NCBI GenBank assembly: GCA_037441705.1
Contig: JBBIRR010000032.1
Location: 1 to 48,951, forward strand
Source: Ignavibacteriales bacterium
Lineage (GTDB): Bacteria > Bacteroidota > Ignavibacteria > UBA10030 > UBA6906
Reading direction: 5' to 3'
Length of the DNA stretch: 48,951 bases
Below the pieces are notes generated by a model. The model had not been told where the DNA came from and made no database searches. It was given only the letters and a program-made list of their open reading frames with translations. This document shows, piece by piece, positions 8,376 to 17,782 of this stretch (position 1 is the first letter of the stretch; each line of letters starts with the position of its first letter). The translations under genes were made by a program, and so were the position numbers.

Positions 8376-8810
8376 ATGCGATTCGTCATGTTTATGATTC
8401 CCGCCGTTTATCAAGGTGAACAAGGAAAGAAGGTCAGCCCCGACTTTGCTCCACCGGCTGATGGCGTCGAACGGATGATGAAGTACAACGAAGAATTAGC
8501 AAAAGCCGGTGCACTGGTTGCGTTAGATGGACTTCACCCACCCTCAATGGGTGCGCGGGTTACGTTCAAAGGAGGGAAGGCAACCGTAACCGACGGACCA
8601 TTTACCGAAGCGAAGGAGGTCGTGGGGGGCTACTGGATGATCAATGTGAAGTCGAAGGAAGAGGCGATCGAATGGGCGCGGCGCGTTCCGGCCGACGAAG
8701 GAGATGTGATCGAAGTGCGGCAGGTGTTTGAGGTGGAGGAATTCCCACCCGATGTGCAGAAAGCGGCTCAGAATCCGACGGTGGAAGCGGCGATTCAGAA
8801 AAAATCATAA
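8376..8810 (+). CDS. YciI/DGPF-family protein
   Basis: MRFVMFMIP start, TVTDGPFTEAKEVVGGYW. Confidence 0.92.
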   Translation: MRFVMFMIPAVYQGEQGKKVSPDFAPPADGVERMMKYNEELAKAGALVALDGLHPPSMGARVTFKGGKATVTDGPFTEAKEVVGGYWMINVKSKEEAIEWARRVPADEGDVIEVRQVFEVEEFPPDVQKAAQNPTVEAAIQKKS

Positions 8811-8942
8811 TAGACCTTCGAAATCGAGACTTCGGAAAATTCAAGAACTGGATACATCTCGCAAAGAAGACTACTTACTCAAGAATCAAACCTTGCTGCT
8901 CTTTGCGCCTTTGCGAGGAATAATACGCAAGAGGAACCGACC

Positions 8943-9344
8943 TTGAAATACATCTGCCTCTGCTACATGGATGAAACACAATGGGCGGCAATGACCGAAG
9001 AGGAACGGAACAAGCTCATGGACGAAGCCTTTGTCTATGATGAGGAACTCAAGAGAACCGGCCACTTGATCGGTGGTGAAGCTTTGCAGTTGTCCCAGAA
9101 CCCCGTAACGCTCCGCTATCACCATGGCAAGGTTTCGGTTACCGACGGGCCGTTCGTTGAGACGAAAGAACACTTAGGAGGCATCCTGTTGCTCGAAGCC
9201 CGCGATCTCAATCATGCCATTCAGCTCATGTCGAACCATCCTTCGCTTCGGATGGGAAGTATCAGGGAAATTCGTCCCGCAGCGGATTTGACGGAGATGA
9301 TTGCGGAAAGTGAGAAACGACGATTCGGAGCAAACCACTCATAA
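8943..9344 (+). CDS. YciI/DGPF-family protein (TTG start)
   Basis: KYICLCY...VTDGPFVETKEHLGG; GAGG RBS. Confidence 0.9.
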   Translation: MKYICLCYMDETQWAAMTEEERNKLMDEAFVYDEELKRTGHLIGGEALQLSQNPVTLRYHHGKVSVTDGPFVETKEHLGGILLLEARDLNHAIQLMSNHPSLRMGSIREIRPAADLTEMIAESEKRRFGANHS

Positions 9345-9352
9345 GAGATTGC

Positions 9353-9379
9353 TGTCGATTCACATTCAGTTCTTGCGTG
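9353..9379 (+). promoter_or_regulatory. Putative ECF42-type promoter
   Basis: TGTCGA-N17-CGTG upstream of the SRPBCC gene. Confidence 0.45.
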
Positions 9380-9409
9380 TGAAAGAAGAAACGTTTAAGG
9401 AGAAGACTC

Positions 9410-9853
9410 ATGGCGAAACAACTCGTTGTCAAGAAATCGATCAAGATACAAGCGCCCGCTGCCAGAGTGTGGAGCATTATCGCCTCGCCAGATACCTGGG
9501 ACCAATGGATGCTGGTGGTACCAAAAGTGGAAGATGGCAATCAGTTCCGCTTAGGCAGTAAAGTGTTCTGGAAGAATGAAGATGGCACGCCGTATCTTAC
9601 GGGAACTGTAACAGCCTTTGAACCAAAGAAAAAACTTGTGCTTGAGCTGGAAGACATAAGCTGGGCACGCAAAGCAAAGCCGGGAGAAGTTACGTATGCT
9701 CTCACACTTTCGGAAAAAGCCGGCGTAACCGGTGTCGAATTTTTTCTCGGCGATCTTTCCATTGACCCTGAGGCGCAACAGTGGTTTGACGCCTATAAGG
9801 AAAGCCGTGAATTAGACGAGATAAAACGGATGGCCGAGGAAACACGAGTATGA
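9410..9853 (+). CDS. SRPBCC/AHSA1-like domain protein
   Basis: KSIKIQAPAARVWSIIASP..W pattern; AAGGAG RBS. Confidence 0.85.
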   Translation: MAKQLVVKKSIKIQAPAARVWSIIASPDTWDQWMLVVPKVEDGNQFRLGSKVFWKNEDGTPYLTGTVTAFEPKKKLVLELEDISWARKAKPGEVTYALTLSEKAGVTGVEFFLGDLSIDPEAQQWFDAYKESRELDEIKRMAEETRV

Positions 9854-10299
9854 TCATTATCACCATTGCATTTGCCTGCTCCTTCGCCCTGATCATCCTC
9901 GGCGGAGGCCTTTATGAATTTCTGGTCGTCGATCCCGCCTGGCCGAAGCGCCTTGATCTGATTCAACCGGCTCAAGGTGGGATCAACCGCAAACGGTTCT
10001 GGGTACCGGTTCACGCTGCCTTCGAGTTGTCGCTCATTGCCGCTCTTTTCCAAGCGTGGTCGCTTGCCGATGTTCGCGTATGGCTTTGGGTTGCATTAAT
10101 CAGTCACGCCGTCATGCGCCTCTGGTCGGCATTCGATTTCATTCCAAAGGCGCTGGCATTCGAACGCGCTGATGCGTCAACAATCACCGAAAGCGCTGCG
10201 CGTGCTTGGACCCGTCGAAGCGTATTTCGGTTTCCTCTGGATCTTGTAACCTCCGGCGCAATGATAGCTGCCCTCATCGCCACAGGAGAGCGTGTTTGA
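9850..10299 (+). CDS. Membrane protein (4 predicted TM segments), function unknown
   Basis: Hydrophobic segments; 4-bp overlap with previous gene. Confidence 0.75.
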   Translation: MIIITIAFACSFALIILGGGLYEFLVVDPAWPKRLDLIQPAQGGINRKRFWVPVHAAFELSLIAALFQAWSLADVRVWLWVALISHAVMRLWSAFDFIPKALAFERADASTITESAARAWTRRSVFRFPLDLVTSGAMIAALIATGERV

Positions 10300-10437
10300 C
10301 GGTTTTATCTCAGGACCGAATGTCGCAATGTCAAAAAACAGATTCGAAGTCCGAATACGTACATCTCAATGTTGTTGGATGTCGTGGTTGAAATATATTT
10401 CCTGCTGCGACATCCGAATTCTATATAAGGAGACGAA

Positions 10438-10842
10438 ATGAAATACATCTGCCTTGGTTACATGGACGAAACCAAATGGGAAACCATGACCGAAGAAGAG
10501 CAGAACAGGTTCATGGACGAAGCATTCACGTATGATGAGGAGCTTAAGCAGAAGGGACACTTCACAGGCGGAGAGGCGCTTCAGCCGGCAAACACCGCCA
10601 CGACGCTTCGCTATCGAAACGGAAAGGTCGCAATGACAGACGGACCGTTCATCGAGACCAAAGAGCAGATCGGCGGCATCCTGATCCTTGAAGCGCGCGA
10701 CCTCAATCAGGCCATCCAACTGATGTCGAAGCATCCGTCGCTGCGGATGGGAAGCAGCTGGGAAATCCGCCCCGCCGCGGACCTTTCGGCGATGATCACC
10801 GAGAGCGAAAAGAGACGAACTGCAGCACGACGAACTGCATAA
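10438..10842 (+). CDS. YciI/DGPF-family protein, close paralog of 8943-9344
   Basis: [14 protein letters not shown]...[14 protein letters not shown]...HPSLRMGS. Confidence 0.92.
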   Translation: MKYICLGYMDETKWETMTEEEQNRFMDEAFTYDEELKQKGHFTGGEALQPANTATTLRYRNGKVAMTDGPFIETKEQIGGILILEARDLNQAIQLMSKHPSLRMGSSWEIRPAADLSAMITESEKRRTAARRTA

Positions 10843-10856
10843 CAAGGAGAATAATC

Positions 10857-11288
10857 ATGCGAGCCATTCATACCTATCTGAATTTTCCCGGTAACACTGA
10901 AGAAGCATTCAATTTCTATAAGTCTGTCTTCCGGGTCGAATTCCAATCGTTCCAGCGGTTCAACGACACGCCGGTGGCGGGAGAGCTTCCCGAAAAAGAT
11001 CGGAACAAAATCATGCACGTTGCACTTCCCCTTGGGAAGAATACGTTCCTGATGGCGACAGATGCGCTCGAATCTCTCGGGCAACAGGTCACCTTCGGCA
11101 ACAATTACTATATCACCATCGAGCCTGAGAGCAAAGAAGAAGCGGATCGGCTCTTCAACGCGCTCTCGGAGGGTGGGAAGGTCGAGATGCCGATGCAGGA
11201 TCAATTCTGGGGAGATTATTTCGGTTCGTTGCGGGACAAGTTTGGCGTGCAGTGGATGATCAATTACAGCAAACAACCCGCACAGTGA
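10857..11288 (+). CDS. VOC/PhnB-family protein
   Basis: YLNFPGNTEEAFNFY...IMHVAL...FWGDYFGSLRDKFGVQWMI. Confidence 0.9.
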   Translation: MRAIHTYLNFPGNTEEAFNFYKSVFRVEFQSFQRFNDTPVAGELPEKDRNKIMHVALPLGKNTFLMATDALESLGQQVTFGNNYYITIEPESKEEADRLFNALSEGGKVEMPMQDQFWGDYFGSLRDKFGVQWMINYSKQPAQ

Positions 11289-11405
11289 AGAAACACGCAA
11301 GTGGAATGAATGTCCGGTTCACTTTGCGCCTTGCCAGTGATATCGATGATAATCTCTCGATTCACGTAGACTCGTGGTTCGAACAACATTAGAAGGAACA
11401 AACCT

Positions 11406-11882
11406 ATGCCAAAACTCAAACACGCCATCACGCCGCATCTGTGGTTCGACAAGGAAGCAAAGGAAGCGGCGGAGTTTTACGTCTCCATCTTCCCCAATTC
11501 CCGCATCACCAACATCACCACACTGCACAACACGCCTTCGGGTGATTGCGACGTTGTATCGTTCAAACTTTCTGGTCAGCCGTTCATGGCGATCAGCGCG
11601 GGACCGCTCTTCAAGTTCAATGAAGCAATCTCTTTCATCGTCTATTGCGACACGCAGAAAGAGATTGATTACTACTGGAAGAAACTCTCCGCTGTCCCCG
11701 AAGCAGAACAGTGCGGTTGGTTGAAAGATCAATACGGCCTCTCGTGGCAGATCGTTCCGACGATCATGGACAGGATGATGGCGAAAGGAACGCGAGAGCA
11801 GATCGATCGGCTGACGCAGGCTTTCCTGCAGATGAAGAAACTCGACATCGCCGCGCTGCAAAAAGCATTCAAAGGAAAATAA
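11406..11882 (+). CDS. VOC-family protein (3-demethylubiquinone-9 3-methyltransferase-like/PhnB)
   Basis: ITPHLWFDKEAKEAAEFY...CGWLKDQYGLSWQIVP. Confidence 0.9.
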   Translation: MPKLKHAITPHLWFDKEAKEAAEFYVSIFPNSRITNITTLHNTPSGDCDVVSFKLSGQPFMAISAGPLFKFNEAISFIVYCDTQKEIDYYWKKLSAVPEAEQCGWLKDQYGLSWQIVPTIMDRMMAKGTREQIDRLTQAFLQMKKLDIAALQKAFKGK

Positions 11883-11886
11883 GATC

Positions 11887-11938
11887 ATGAACAACGACAT
11901 CCGCGCATACCACAAAGCCCTCTCTGCGGTGGACAGGC
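11887..11938 (+). pseudogene. 5' stub of a DUF1801 gene (duplicate of the start of 13302-13703)
   Basis: MNNDIRAYHKALSAVDR versus MHKDIRSYNKALSAADR; shared DNA GACATCCGC..CAAAGCCCTCTCTGC. Confidence 0.7.
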
Positions 11939-11982
11939 GTGACAAAGTAATCGACTGTTATTGGAAGGAATGCAATCGGCGG

Positions 11983-13194
11983 TTATACGATTTTCCACCA
12001 CGGAGCAGCAAGCACCCCTTCGGCGAGCCACATGACGGCATCTCCGGTATGAAGCAGCAGGCCAGGGAGCGCGGACTTGCGATATTCATTGCGGAACACC
12101 AACAGATGTTGAGCATCGGAAGGTCTCGGCCGTGCCGTCGCTTTCACTTCGACCGGCAACAGAGCATGATTCCATTCAATAACAAAATCAACTTCCTCTC
12201 CGGTCGTTGTTCGCCAGTACATGACTTCGGCACCGTTTCCCGTACCGCTCCAGGCAATGAGATCAGACAGCACGAGATTCTCCAGATGACAGCCGCGCGG
12301 CTGTTTCTCCCCGGCGAGATGCATCGCCAGACCGGTGTCAGTCCAATAGGCTTTAGGCGATTTGATGAGCCGTTTGGTCCGATTGACGGCGTACGCAGGA
12401 ATTCTTACCAACTGGTATGAGGCTTCAAGAGTATTGAGATGTCTCAAGACTGTGGGTTGAGAAATGCCCACATCACGAGCCAGGTCAGTCTGATTGACGA
12501 CATTCCCCAGCCGCAAGCACGCCGCTCTCATGAGCCGACGGAAGTCGACAAGCGATGCTACCGTTGCAAAATCCTGCAGGTCTCGCTCTAAGTATGTTCT
12601 GGTGTATCCGGCGAACCATGCTGCGCGGTCGGTCTCTTTTTCAATTTGGAGAGCGGGAACGGGATATCCGCCTCGCAACGCAATGCGTTTCCAATCTTCC
12701 TTCGGTGCTTCTTGATCATGGATGAATTCCATCCACTGATCCGGAGAGAGGGAAAAGAGATCTTCCCAAATTCCCGGCGCCTGCAAGCCCAGCGCTTCGC
12801 GTCGTGTCATCGGCATCAAGGAAAGGTACGCGGCGCGTCCGGCAAGGGTCTCGCCGACCCGTTTCATCAACAGGAGATTTGCTGAACCGGTCAGGATGAA
12901 TTTTCCGGCTACGCGTTTCTTGTCAACGGAGCGTTTGACAGCGAGCAACTAATTGGGAGAACGTTGAACCTCATCCAGAGTCATCCGGGCAGCTTGTTCA
13001 ACAATCCCATCGGGATAGGTGTGCGCGCGTTCAAGCGTGTCCACATCATCCAGCGATATGTACAAACGATCCTTCGCCACGTGTTGAACGAGCGTGCTCT
13101 TTCCTGTCTGCCGTGCCCCGGTGACGACAACAACAGGAAACGTCTTCAGGGCACGACTCAGCGCTGCCTCGAGGAAGCGGGGGGGTGTATGCAC
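11983..13194 (-). pseudogene. AAA_14 ATPase + DUF4143 protein interrupted by one in-frame TAG (12951-12949)
   Basis: Walker A GARQTGKS, Walker B LDEVQR, LTGSANL, GGYP, KSPKAYWTDTGL, EVDFVI..EVK. The two ORFs are in the same frame and separated only by the TAG. Confidence 0.85.
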
Positions 13195-13301
13195 GATTAT
13201 TCACGGCGTGAATGATAATCATTCATACAAGGAATAGCAAACCGGAATGCAATTGCTTATCTTTACGCTAACGTTTTCAAATGAGGAAATAGGATACAGC
13301 C

Positions 13302-13703
13302 ATGCATAAAGACATCCGCTCATACAACAAAGCCCTCTCTGCTGCAGATAGAGAGATCTGCGATACGCTCGCCGAGGAAATTGATCGCGCACTGCCGGAA
13401 GCGGAGAGCAAAATCTGGCACGCGCATCCTGTCTGGTTTCTGGATGGGAATCCCATTGTTGGTTACAGCAAAGAAAAGCGAGGTATCCGACTGATGTTTT
13501 GGAGCGGTGCAAGTTTTGACGAAGAAGAATTGCTACCAGGAACCGGAAAATTCAAAGACGCTTCGATATTCTTCAACAAAGCTGATGAAATCAATGCCAA
13601 AGATTTGAAACGCTGGCTCAAGAAGGCGAAAGCCATCCAGTGGGATTACAAGAACATCGTGAAGCGGAAGGGAACATTGGTGCGATTAAAACAGCGAAGG
13701 TGA
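13302..13703 (+). CDS. DUF1801 (YdhG-like) protein
   Basis: KIWHAHPVWFLDGNPIVGYSK...QWDYKNIVKRKG. Confidence 0.88.
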   Translation: MHKDIRSYNKALSAADREICDTLAEEIDRALPEAESKIWHAHPVWFLDGNPIVGYSKEKRGIRLMFWSGASFDEEELLPGTGKFKDASIFFNKADEINAKDLKRWLKKAKAIQWDYKNIVKRKGTLVRLKQRR

Positions 13704-13745
13704 TCACTCATCTTCGAGAAGAAAAACATTCGTGAGAAAAAATCG

Positions 13746-13866
13746 TGTAGAACTCCTTCGGAGTTGACAGACGTGAATGCTTATCCTGACTCCGTTAGGA
13801 GTCACATACTTGTAGAAACAGAAACAGCACAAAACACAAATCCAACTCCGTCAGGAGTTGAACATC
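13746..13866. repeat. Cluster of three REP-like hairpins
   Basis: AACTCCTTCGGAGTT, TGACTCCGTTAGGAGTCA, CAACTCCGTCAGGAGTTGAACAT. The last has the same GTTNAACAT tail as the tnpA-linked repeats. Confidence 0.65.
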
Positions 13867-13894
13867 ACAGTTAATATGAAGAGAAAGGAACCCC

Positions 13895-14260
13895 ATGCCA
13901 AAATACGTTGATGGCTTCGTCTTCTCCGTGCCGAAGTCGAAATTCTCCGCCTACAAAAAGATGGCACGAGAAGCGAGCACAGTGTGGAAGAAATTTGGAG
14001 CACTCGATTACAAGGAGTGCATGATCGACGACCCGAAACCGAAGTTCATCACCTTCACATTCCCCAAGATGGCGAAGACTAAGTCGAATGAGAAGGTCTG
14101 GTTCTCGTTCATCGTGTACAAATCGCGCAAGCATCGGGACGCGGTGAACGCAAGAGTGATGAAATATTTTGAAAAGAAGTACGGCGAGAACAACATGTCC
14201 ATGCCGTTCGACATGAAACGCTTGGCATACGGCGGGTTCACGGTGGTGGTGGAGATGTGA
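13895..14260 (+). CDS. DUF1428 (YbaA-like) protein
   Basis: YVDGFVFSVP...FSFIVYKSRKHRDAVN...MPFDMKRLAYGGF. Confidence 0.9.
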   Translation: MPKYVDGFVFSVPKSKFSAYKKMAREASTVWKKFGALDYKECMIDDPKPKFITFTFPKMAKTKSNEKVWFSFIVYKSRKHRDAVNARVMKYFEKKYGENNMSMPFDMKRLAYGGFTVVVEM

Positions 14261-14322
14261 AGACGATGAATCAGATCATCTTCTGCTCTCACGGAAAAAT
14301 CGAGACGTAGCCCAAACCGCGC

Positions 14323-14351
14323 TGTCGATTTCCCGTCGCCCCGAACGACTA
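14323..14351 (+). promoter_or_regulatory. Putative ECF42-type promoter
   Basis: TGTCGATTT...CGACTA with a 17-nt spacer, as at 8295. Confidence 0.6.
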
Positions 14352-14397
14352 CGAGAAGGCAGGTCATTTTCACCCATCATGTAAGGAGAACCCTGAG

Positions 14398-14844
14398 ACG
14401 CAGAAGAACATCCTTAAAAGCATCGGCGCCGTGCTGGCGGGATTGGTCTTCATTTTCGCCACACACACCGGAACAGACGCTATTCTTGAAGCGACCGACG
14501 TTCTCCCGAAGGGAAATCTATTCGTCGGCACGGGCTTGATCCTCGCCGTCATTGCGTACCGCGCTCTCTTCAGTCTCATCGGGTGCTACCTCACCGCACG
14601 ACTCGCATCACAGAATCCCATGAAGCATGCACTTGTGTTGGGTGGTATGGGCTTCCTCCTGAGCACCATCGGCGCGATCATGAATGCCACGATGCACTTG
14701 GGTCCTGACTGGTATGCATGGACGCTTGTGGCAATCTCGCTCCCAATTGCATGGCTCGGCGGCAAACTGCATGCGGCAAGATCCAAACCGACAATACGAT
14801 ATAACTCACCGATAACGATGAACCCCTTCAGGACAACGGTATGA
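14398..14844 (+). CDS. Membrane protein (4 TM); natural start appears to be ACG at 14398 (alternative GTG 14431)
   Basis: AAGGAG at 14383-14388, then in-frame ACG CAG AAG AAC ATC CTT AAA AGC ATC GGC GCC GTG; hydrophobic helices. Confidence 0.7.
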   Translation, partial: TQKNILKSIGAVLAGLVFIFATHTGTDAILEATDVLPKGNLFVGTGLILAVIAYRALFSLIGCYLTARLASQNPMKHALVLGGMGFLLSTIGAIMNATMHLGPDWYAWTLVAISLPIAWLGGKLHAARSKPTIRYNSPITMNPFRTTV

Positions 14845-15218
14845 AATACATTTGCCTTGCGTACGAAGATGAGAATACTCTCAACACCTTGTCGAAGAAT
14901 GAGTGGGAAACACTACGCCGTGAAACGCTTGATTACGTCGCCTACCTCCGACGCAGCGGGCATCTTCTTGCCGCCGAGCCATTGAAGAGTGTGAAGACCG
15001 CGTCCACGGTGAGAGTGAGAGCCCGCAGAATTTCCGTCACCGACGGTCCGTTTGCCGAAACGAAGGAGACGCTCGGCGGATTTTTCCTCATCGAGGCAAG
15101 AGATTTGAACGAGGCGATTCAGATTGCCTCGAAGTGGCCCTCCGCACAGTTCGGCAGTATTGAAATCCGACCAATCGAAGATGGATTGAGAGAGGATGGA
15201 CGGTATGAGAGTCTTTAG
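14841..15218 (+). CDS. YciI/DGPF-family protein
   Basis: MKYICLAY...VTDGPFAETKETLGGFF. Confidence 0.92.
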   Translation: MKYICLAYEDENTLNTLSKNEWETLRRETLDYVAYLRRSGHLLAAEPLKSVKTASTVRVRARRISVTDGPFAETKETLGGFFLIEARDLNEAIQIASKWPSAQFGSIEIRPIEDGLREDGRYESL

Positions 15219-15233
15219 GAAAGGTGCATAGCT

Positions 15234-15602
15234 ATGAAAAAGCTACAAGACATTGACCGCTACATTGCAGACTTCCCAAAACCGATTCAGCTAAGGTTGC
15301 AGCAGATGCGTTGGCTTGTTCGTCGTGCAGCGCGCGAAGCGCAAGAGATTATCAGCTACAGCATGTCTGCATACCGATTGCATGGTGTACTCGTGTTTCT
15401 TGGAGCGCACAAGAATCACATGGGCTTCTACCCCACGCCTTCGGCGATTCATGCGTTCAAGGGCAAGCTTGCAGCATATCAGACCTCCAAAGGCGCAATT
15501 CAGTTTCCGCTGGACAAACCGTTGCCCGCGCGCCTGATACAGGCCATGGTGAAGTTCAGAGTGAAGGAAGATGAAGTGCAACTAAAGAGGAGGAAGAAAT
15601 GA
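15234..15602 (+). CDS. DUF1801/YdhG-like protein
   Basis: IDRYIADFP...EIISYSMSAY...HMGFYP...KGAIQFPLDKPLP. Confidence 0.85.
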   Translation: MKKLQDIDRYIADFPKPIQLRLQQMRWLVRRAAREAQEIISYSMSAYRLHGVLVFLGAHKNHMGFYPTPSAIHAFKGKLAAYQTSKGAIQFPLDKPLPARLIQAMVKFRVKEDEVQLKRRKK

Positions 15603-15801
15603 GTGATGAGCGCTTCGCCCGCGGGCGGTTGTGGAGATGTGAAGACCTTGAAATCGGCAGATGCTATCAGATGAGCTTACCAAAGGAAAAAAGATGGAGA
15701 GAATTCTGCGGCAATGACCCATTTCACCGCAGGAAACAGGATTTGACTCGCACCACGCTAACAACTGCATTCACTAAATAACCATCAGAAAGGAATTCAA
15801 C

Positions 15802-16188
15802 ATGAAACGCGTGACCGGCATTGGCGGCATCTTCTTCAAATCGAAAGACCCCAAGGCATTGGCCGAATGGTACCGAGACCATTTGGGCATCAATATCGAA
15901 GACTGGGGCGGCGCCGCGTTTCGCTGGGCCTCTCCCGACAACCCGACCGGCGTCGGAACAACCGTGTGGAGTCCGTTCAAAGCCGACACGAAGTACTTTG
16001 AGCCGAGTTCAGCCTCTTTCATGATCAACTATCGCGTCGACGATCTGCACGCTGTGCTTGCGGCTCTGCGCAGCGAAGGTTGTGACGTCGTTGATAAGGT
16101 CGAGGAGTCGGAGTTCGGCAAGTTCGGCTGGGTCATTGATCCGGAGGGCAACAAGCTCGAGCTTTGGCAACCACCGGAGGGCCAGTGA
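15802..16188 (+). CDS. VOC/glyoxalase-family protein
   Basis: VTGIGGIFFKSKDP...MINYRVDDL...FGWVIDPEGNKLELWQ. Confidence 0.92.
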   Translation: MKRVTGIGGIFFKSKDPKALAEWYRDHLGINIEDWGGAAFRWASPDNPTGVGTTVWSPFKADTKYFEPSSASFMINYRVDDLHAVLAALRSEGCDVVDKVEESEFGKFGWVIDPEGNKLELWQPPEGQ

Positions 16189-16259
16189 TTGCTGGTTCGG
16201 ATTGTAATGCAGCGCGGCATCTTCAACGCCCGCGCTAAAATGATTAATGGAGATCAAAC

Positions 16260-17111
16260 ATGAAGACAACAGCCTTTATCCTGACGATGCTCCTGGCGGC
16301 TGTCGTATCAGCGCAGCAAAAACCAACTACGGGCTACGCGCCGGTCAACGGGCTCAAAATGTACTACGAAGTCCACGGCAGCGGCGATCCGGTGGTGCTG
16401 CTCCACGGCGCGTTCATGACCATCACCAACAACTGGACCGGCTGGATCGGCGAGCTCTCCAAAACGCGGAAAGTGATTGCCGTCGAAATGCAGGGTCACG
16501 GGCGCACGGCGGACATCCCACGCGACATCACTGACGAAAACCTCGCCGACGATGTGGCAGCGCTGCTCGATCACCTCAAAATCCCACGCGCGGACCTCAT
16601 CGGTTACAGCATGGGCGGCGGCGTCGCGATGCACTGCGCGATCCGTCATCCGGACAAAGTGCGAAAGGTGGTCGTCATTTCGTCCATGTTCCGCCGTGAC
16701 GGCGCGGTCAAGGAAGGGCTCGACGCGCTCGCGAACCTCACAGCGGACGTCTTCAAAGGCTCGCCCCTTGAAGACGACTACAAGAAGCTCAGCCCGACTC
16801 CGGAGGACTTTCCGAAGCTCGTCGAGCGACTCATGGCCTCGTCTTCGAAAGGGCAAGACATCAGCGCCGACCAACTGAAGGCCAGCACGGCGCCGATGTT
16901 CTTCATCCACGGCGACGCCGACGGAGTAAGGCTCGACCACATCGCGGAAATGTACCGCCTGAAAGGCGGCGACCTTCACGGCGACATTCGGCCGCACCCG
17001 GAATCCAGATTGGCCATCCTTCCCGACGCAACTCACGTCACGCTGATGGACCGCATGGCGATCATCGTCCCAATGATAAATGACTTTCTCGACGCCAAGC
17101 CGCCAAAGTGA
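16260..17111 (+). CDS. Secreted alpha/beta hydrolase
   Basis: Signal peptide, LLHG oxyanion motif, nucleophile GYSMGG, IHGDAD, ATH. Confidence 0.92.
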   Translation: MKTTAFILTMLLAAVVSAQQKPTTGYAPVNGLKMYYEVHGSGDPVVLLHGAFMTITNNWTGWIGELSKTRKVIAVEMQGHGRTADIPRDITDENLADDVAALLDHLKIPRADLIGYSMGGGVAMHCAIRHPDKVRKVVVISSMFRRDGAVKEGLDALANLTADVFKGSPLEDDYKKLSPTPEDFPKLVERLMASSSKGQDISADQLKASTAPMFFIHGDADGVRLDHIAEMYRLKGGDLHGDIRPHPESRLAILPDATHVTLMDRMAIIVPMINDFLDAKPPK

Positions 17112-17138
17112 TAATGCGCGGCCTAACCAGGAGCTTCC

Positions 17139-17528
17139 ATGCACCCCGACACAGTTCAATACAACAAGTCACTGGCTCCGGCGGATCGCGAGATTTGCGA
17201 TCTGCTTGCCGAAACCATCGACCAAATTCTGCCGGAGGCGGAAAATAAAATATGGCACGCGCATCCCGTTTGGTTTCTGGATGGCAATCCCGTTGTCGGT
17301 TATAGCAAATTGAAAACGTGCGTCCGTCTGCTGTTTTGGAGCGGCCAGTCTTTTGAAGAGAAAGAATTGCAGAACGAAGGCAGCTTCAAAGCCGCGGAAG
17401 CGCGATATACAGACGCGAGCCAAATCAAGCTCACGGCGCTCAAGCGCTGGCTCAAAAAAGCGTGCGACATTCAGTGGGACTATAAGAACATCGTGCGTCG
17501 CAAAGGCAAACTGGTGCGGCTGAAATGA
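17139..17528 (+). CDS. DUF1801 protein, paralog of 13302-13703
   Basis: KIWHAHPVWFLDGNPVVGYSK. Confidence 0.88.
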   Translation: MHPDTVQYNKSLAPADREICDLLAETIDQILPEAENKIWHAHPVWFLDGNPVVGYSKLKTCVRLLFWSGQSFEEKELQNEGSFKAAEARYTDASQIKLTALKRWLKKACDIQWDYKNIVRRKGKLVRLK

Positions 17529-17782
17529 TTTCGTAGACAATTGCAGTCATGCGTTACGACTGAGGAGCAGAAAGTCACAGCAATCTTTGTTTGAGAGCAA
17601 TGACACAATACGAACAAGTCGCAGCCCAAAAGAAAGTTTCCAGCGGATAGAAAAACCCAACGGATGCAAGGAGCGTGATCAGTTGGGTTCTTCTATCCGT
17701 TGGAAAAATCTTTGCTCTTTTTGCACTGAATTGACTGTCGAGATACTAAAAGCGTTTAGAAAACAGAAAGGCAAAACCAGAA

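Noticed and set aside
12949-12951. Amber recoding (pyrrolysine or alternative genetic code)
   Set aside because: TAG ends several normal genes here (e.g. tnpA at 7791, 15218, 21309); no pyl genes are visible; neighbouring genes are also decayed.
15750-17135. attC-like fragments (CGCTAACAACTGCATTC at ~15755; GGCCTAACC at ~17120)
   Set aside because: Only left-end-like motifs; I could not find matching GTTRRRY ends with paired L boxes, and no integrase is present. An IntegronFinder run would settle it.
16308-17159. 283-aa antisense ORF mirroring the hydrolase
   Set aside because: Typical shadow of a GC3-rich gene; no motifs. The same applies to long shadow ORFs over fadD, nrdJ, the kinase, the propeller and the TMTC-like gene.
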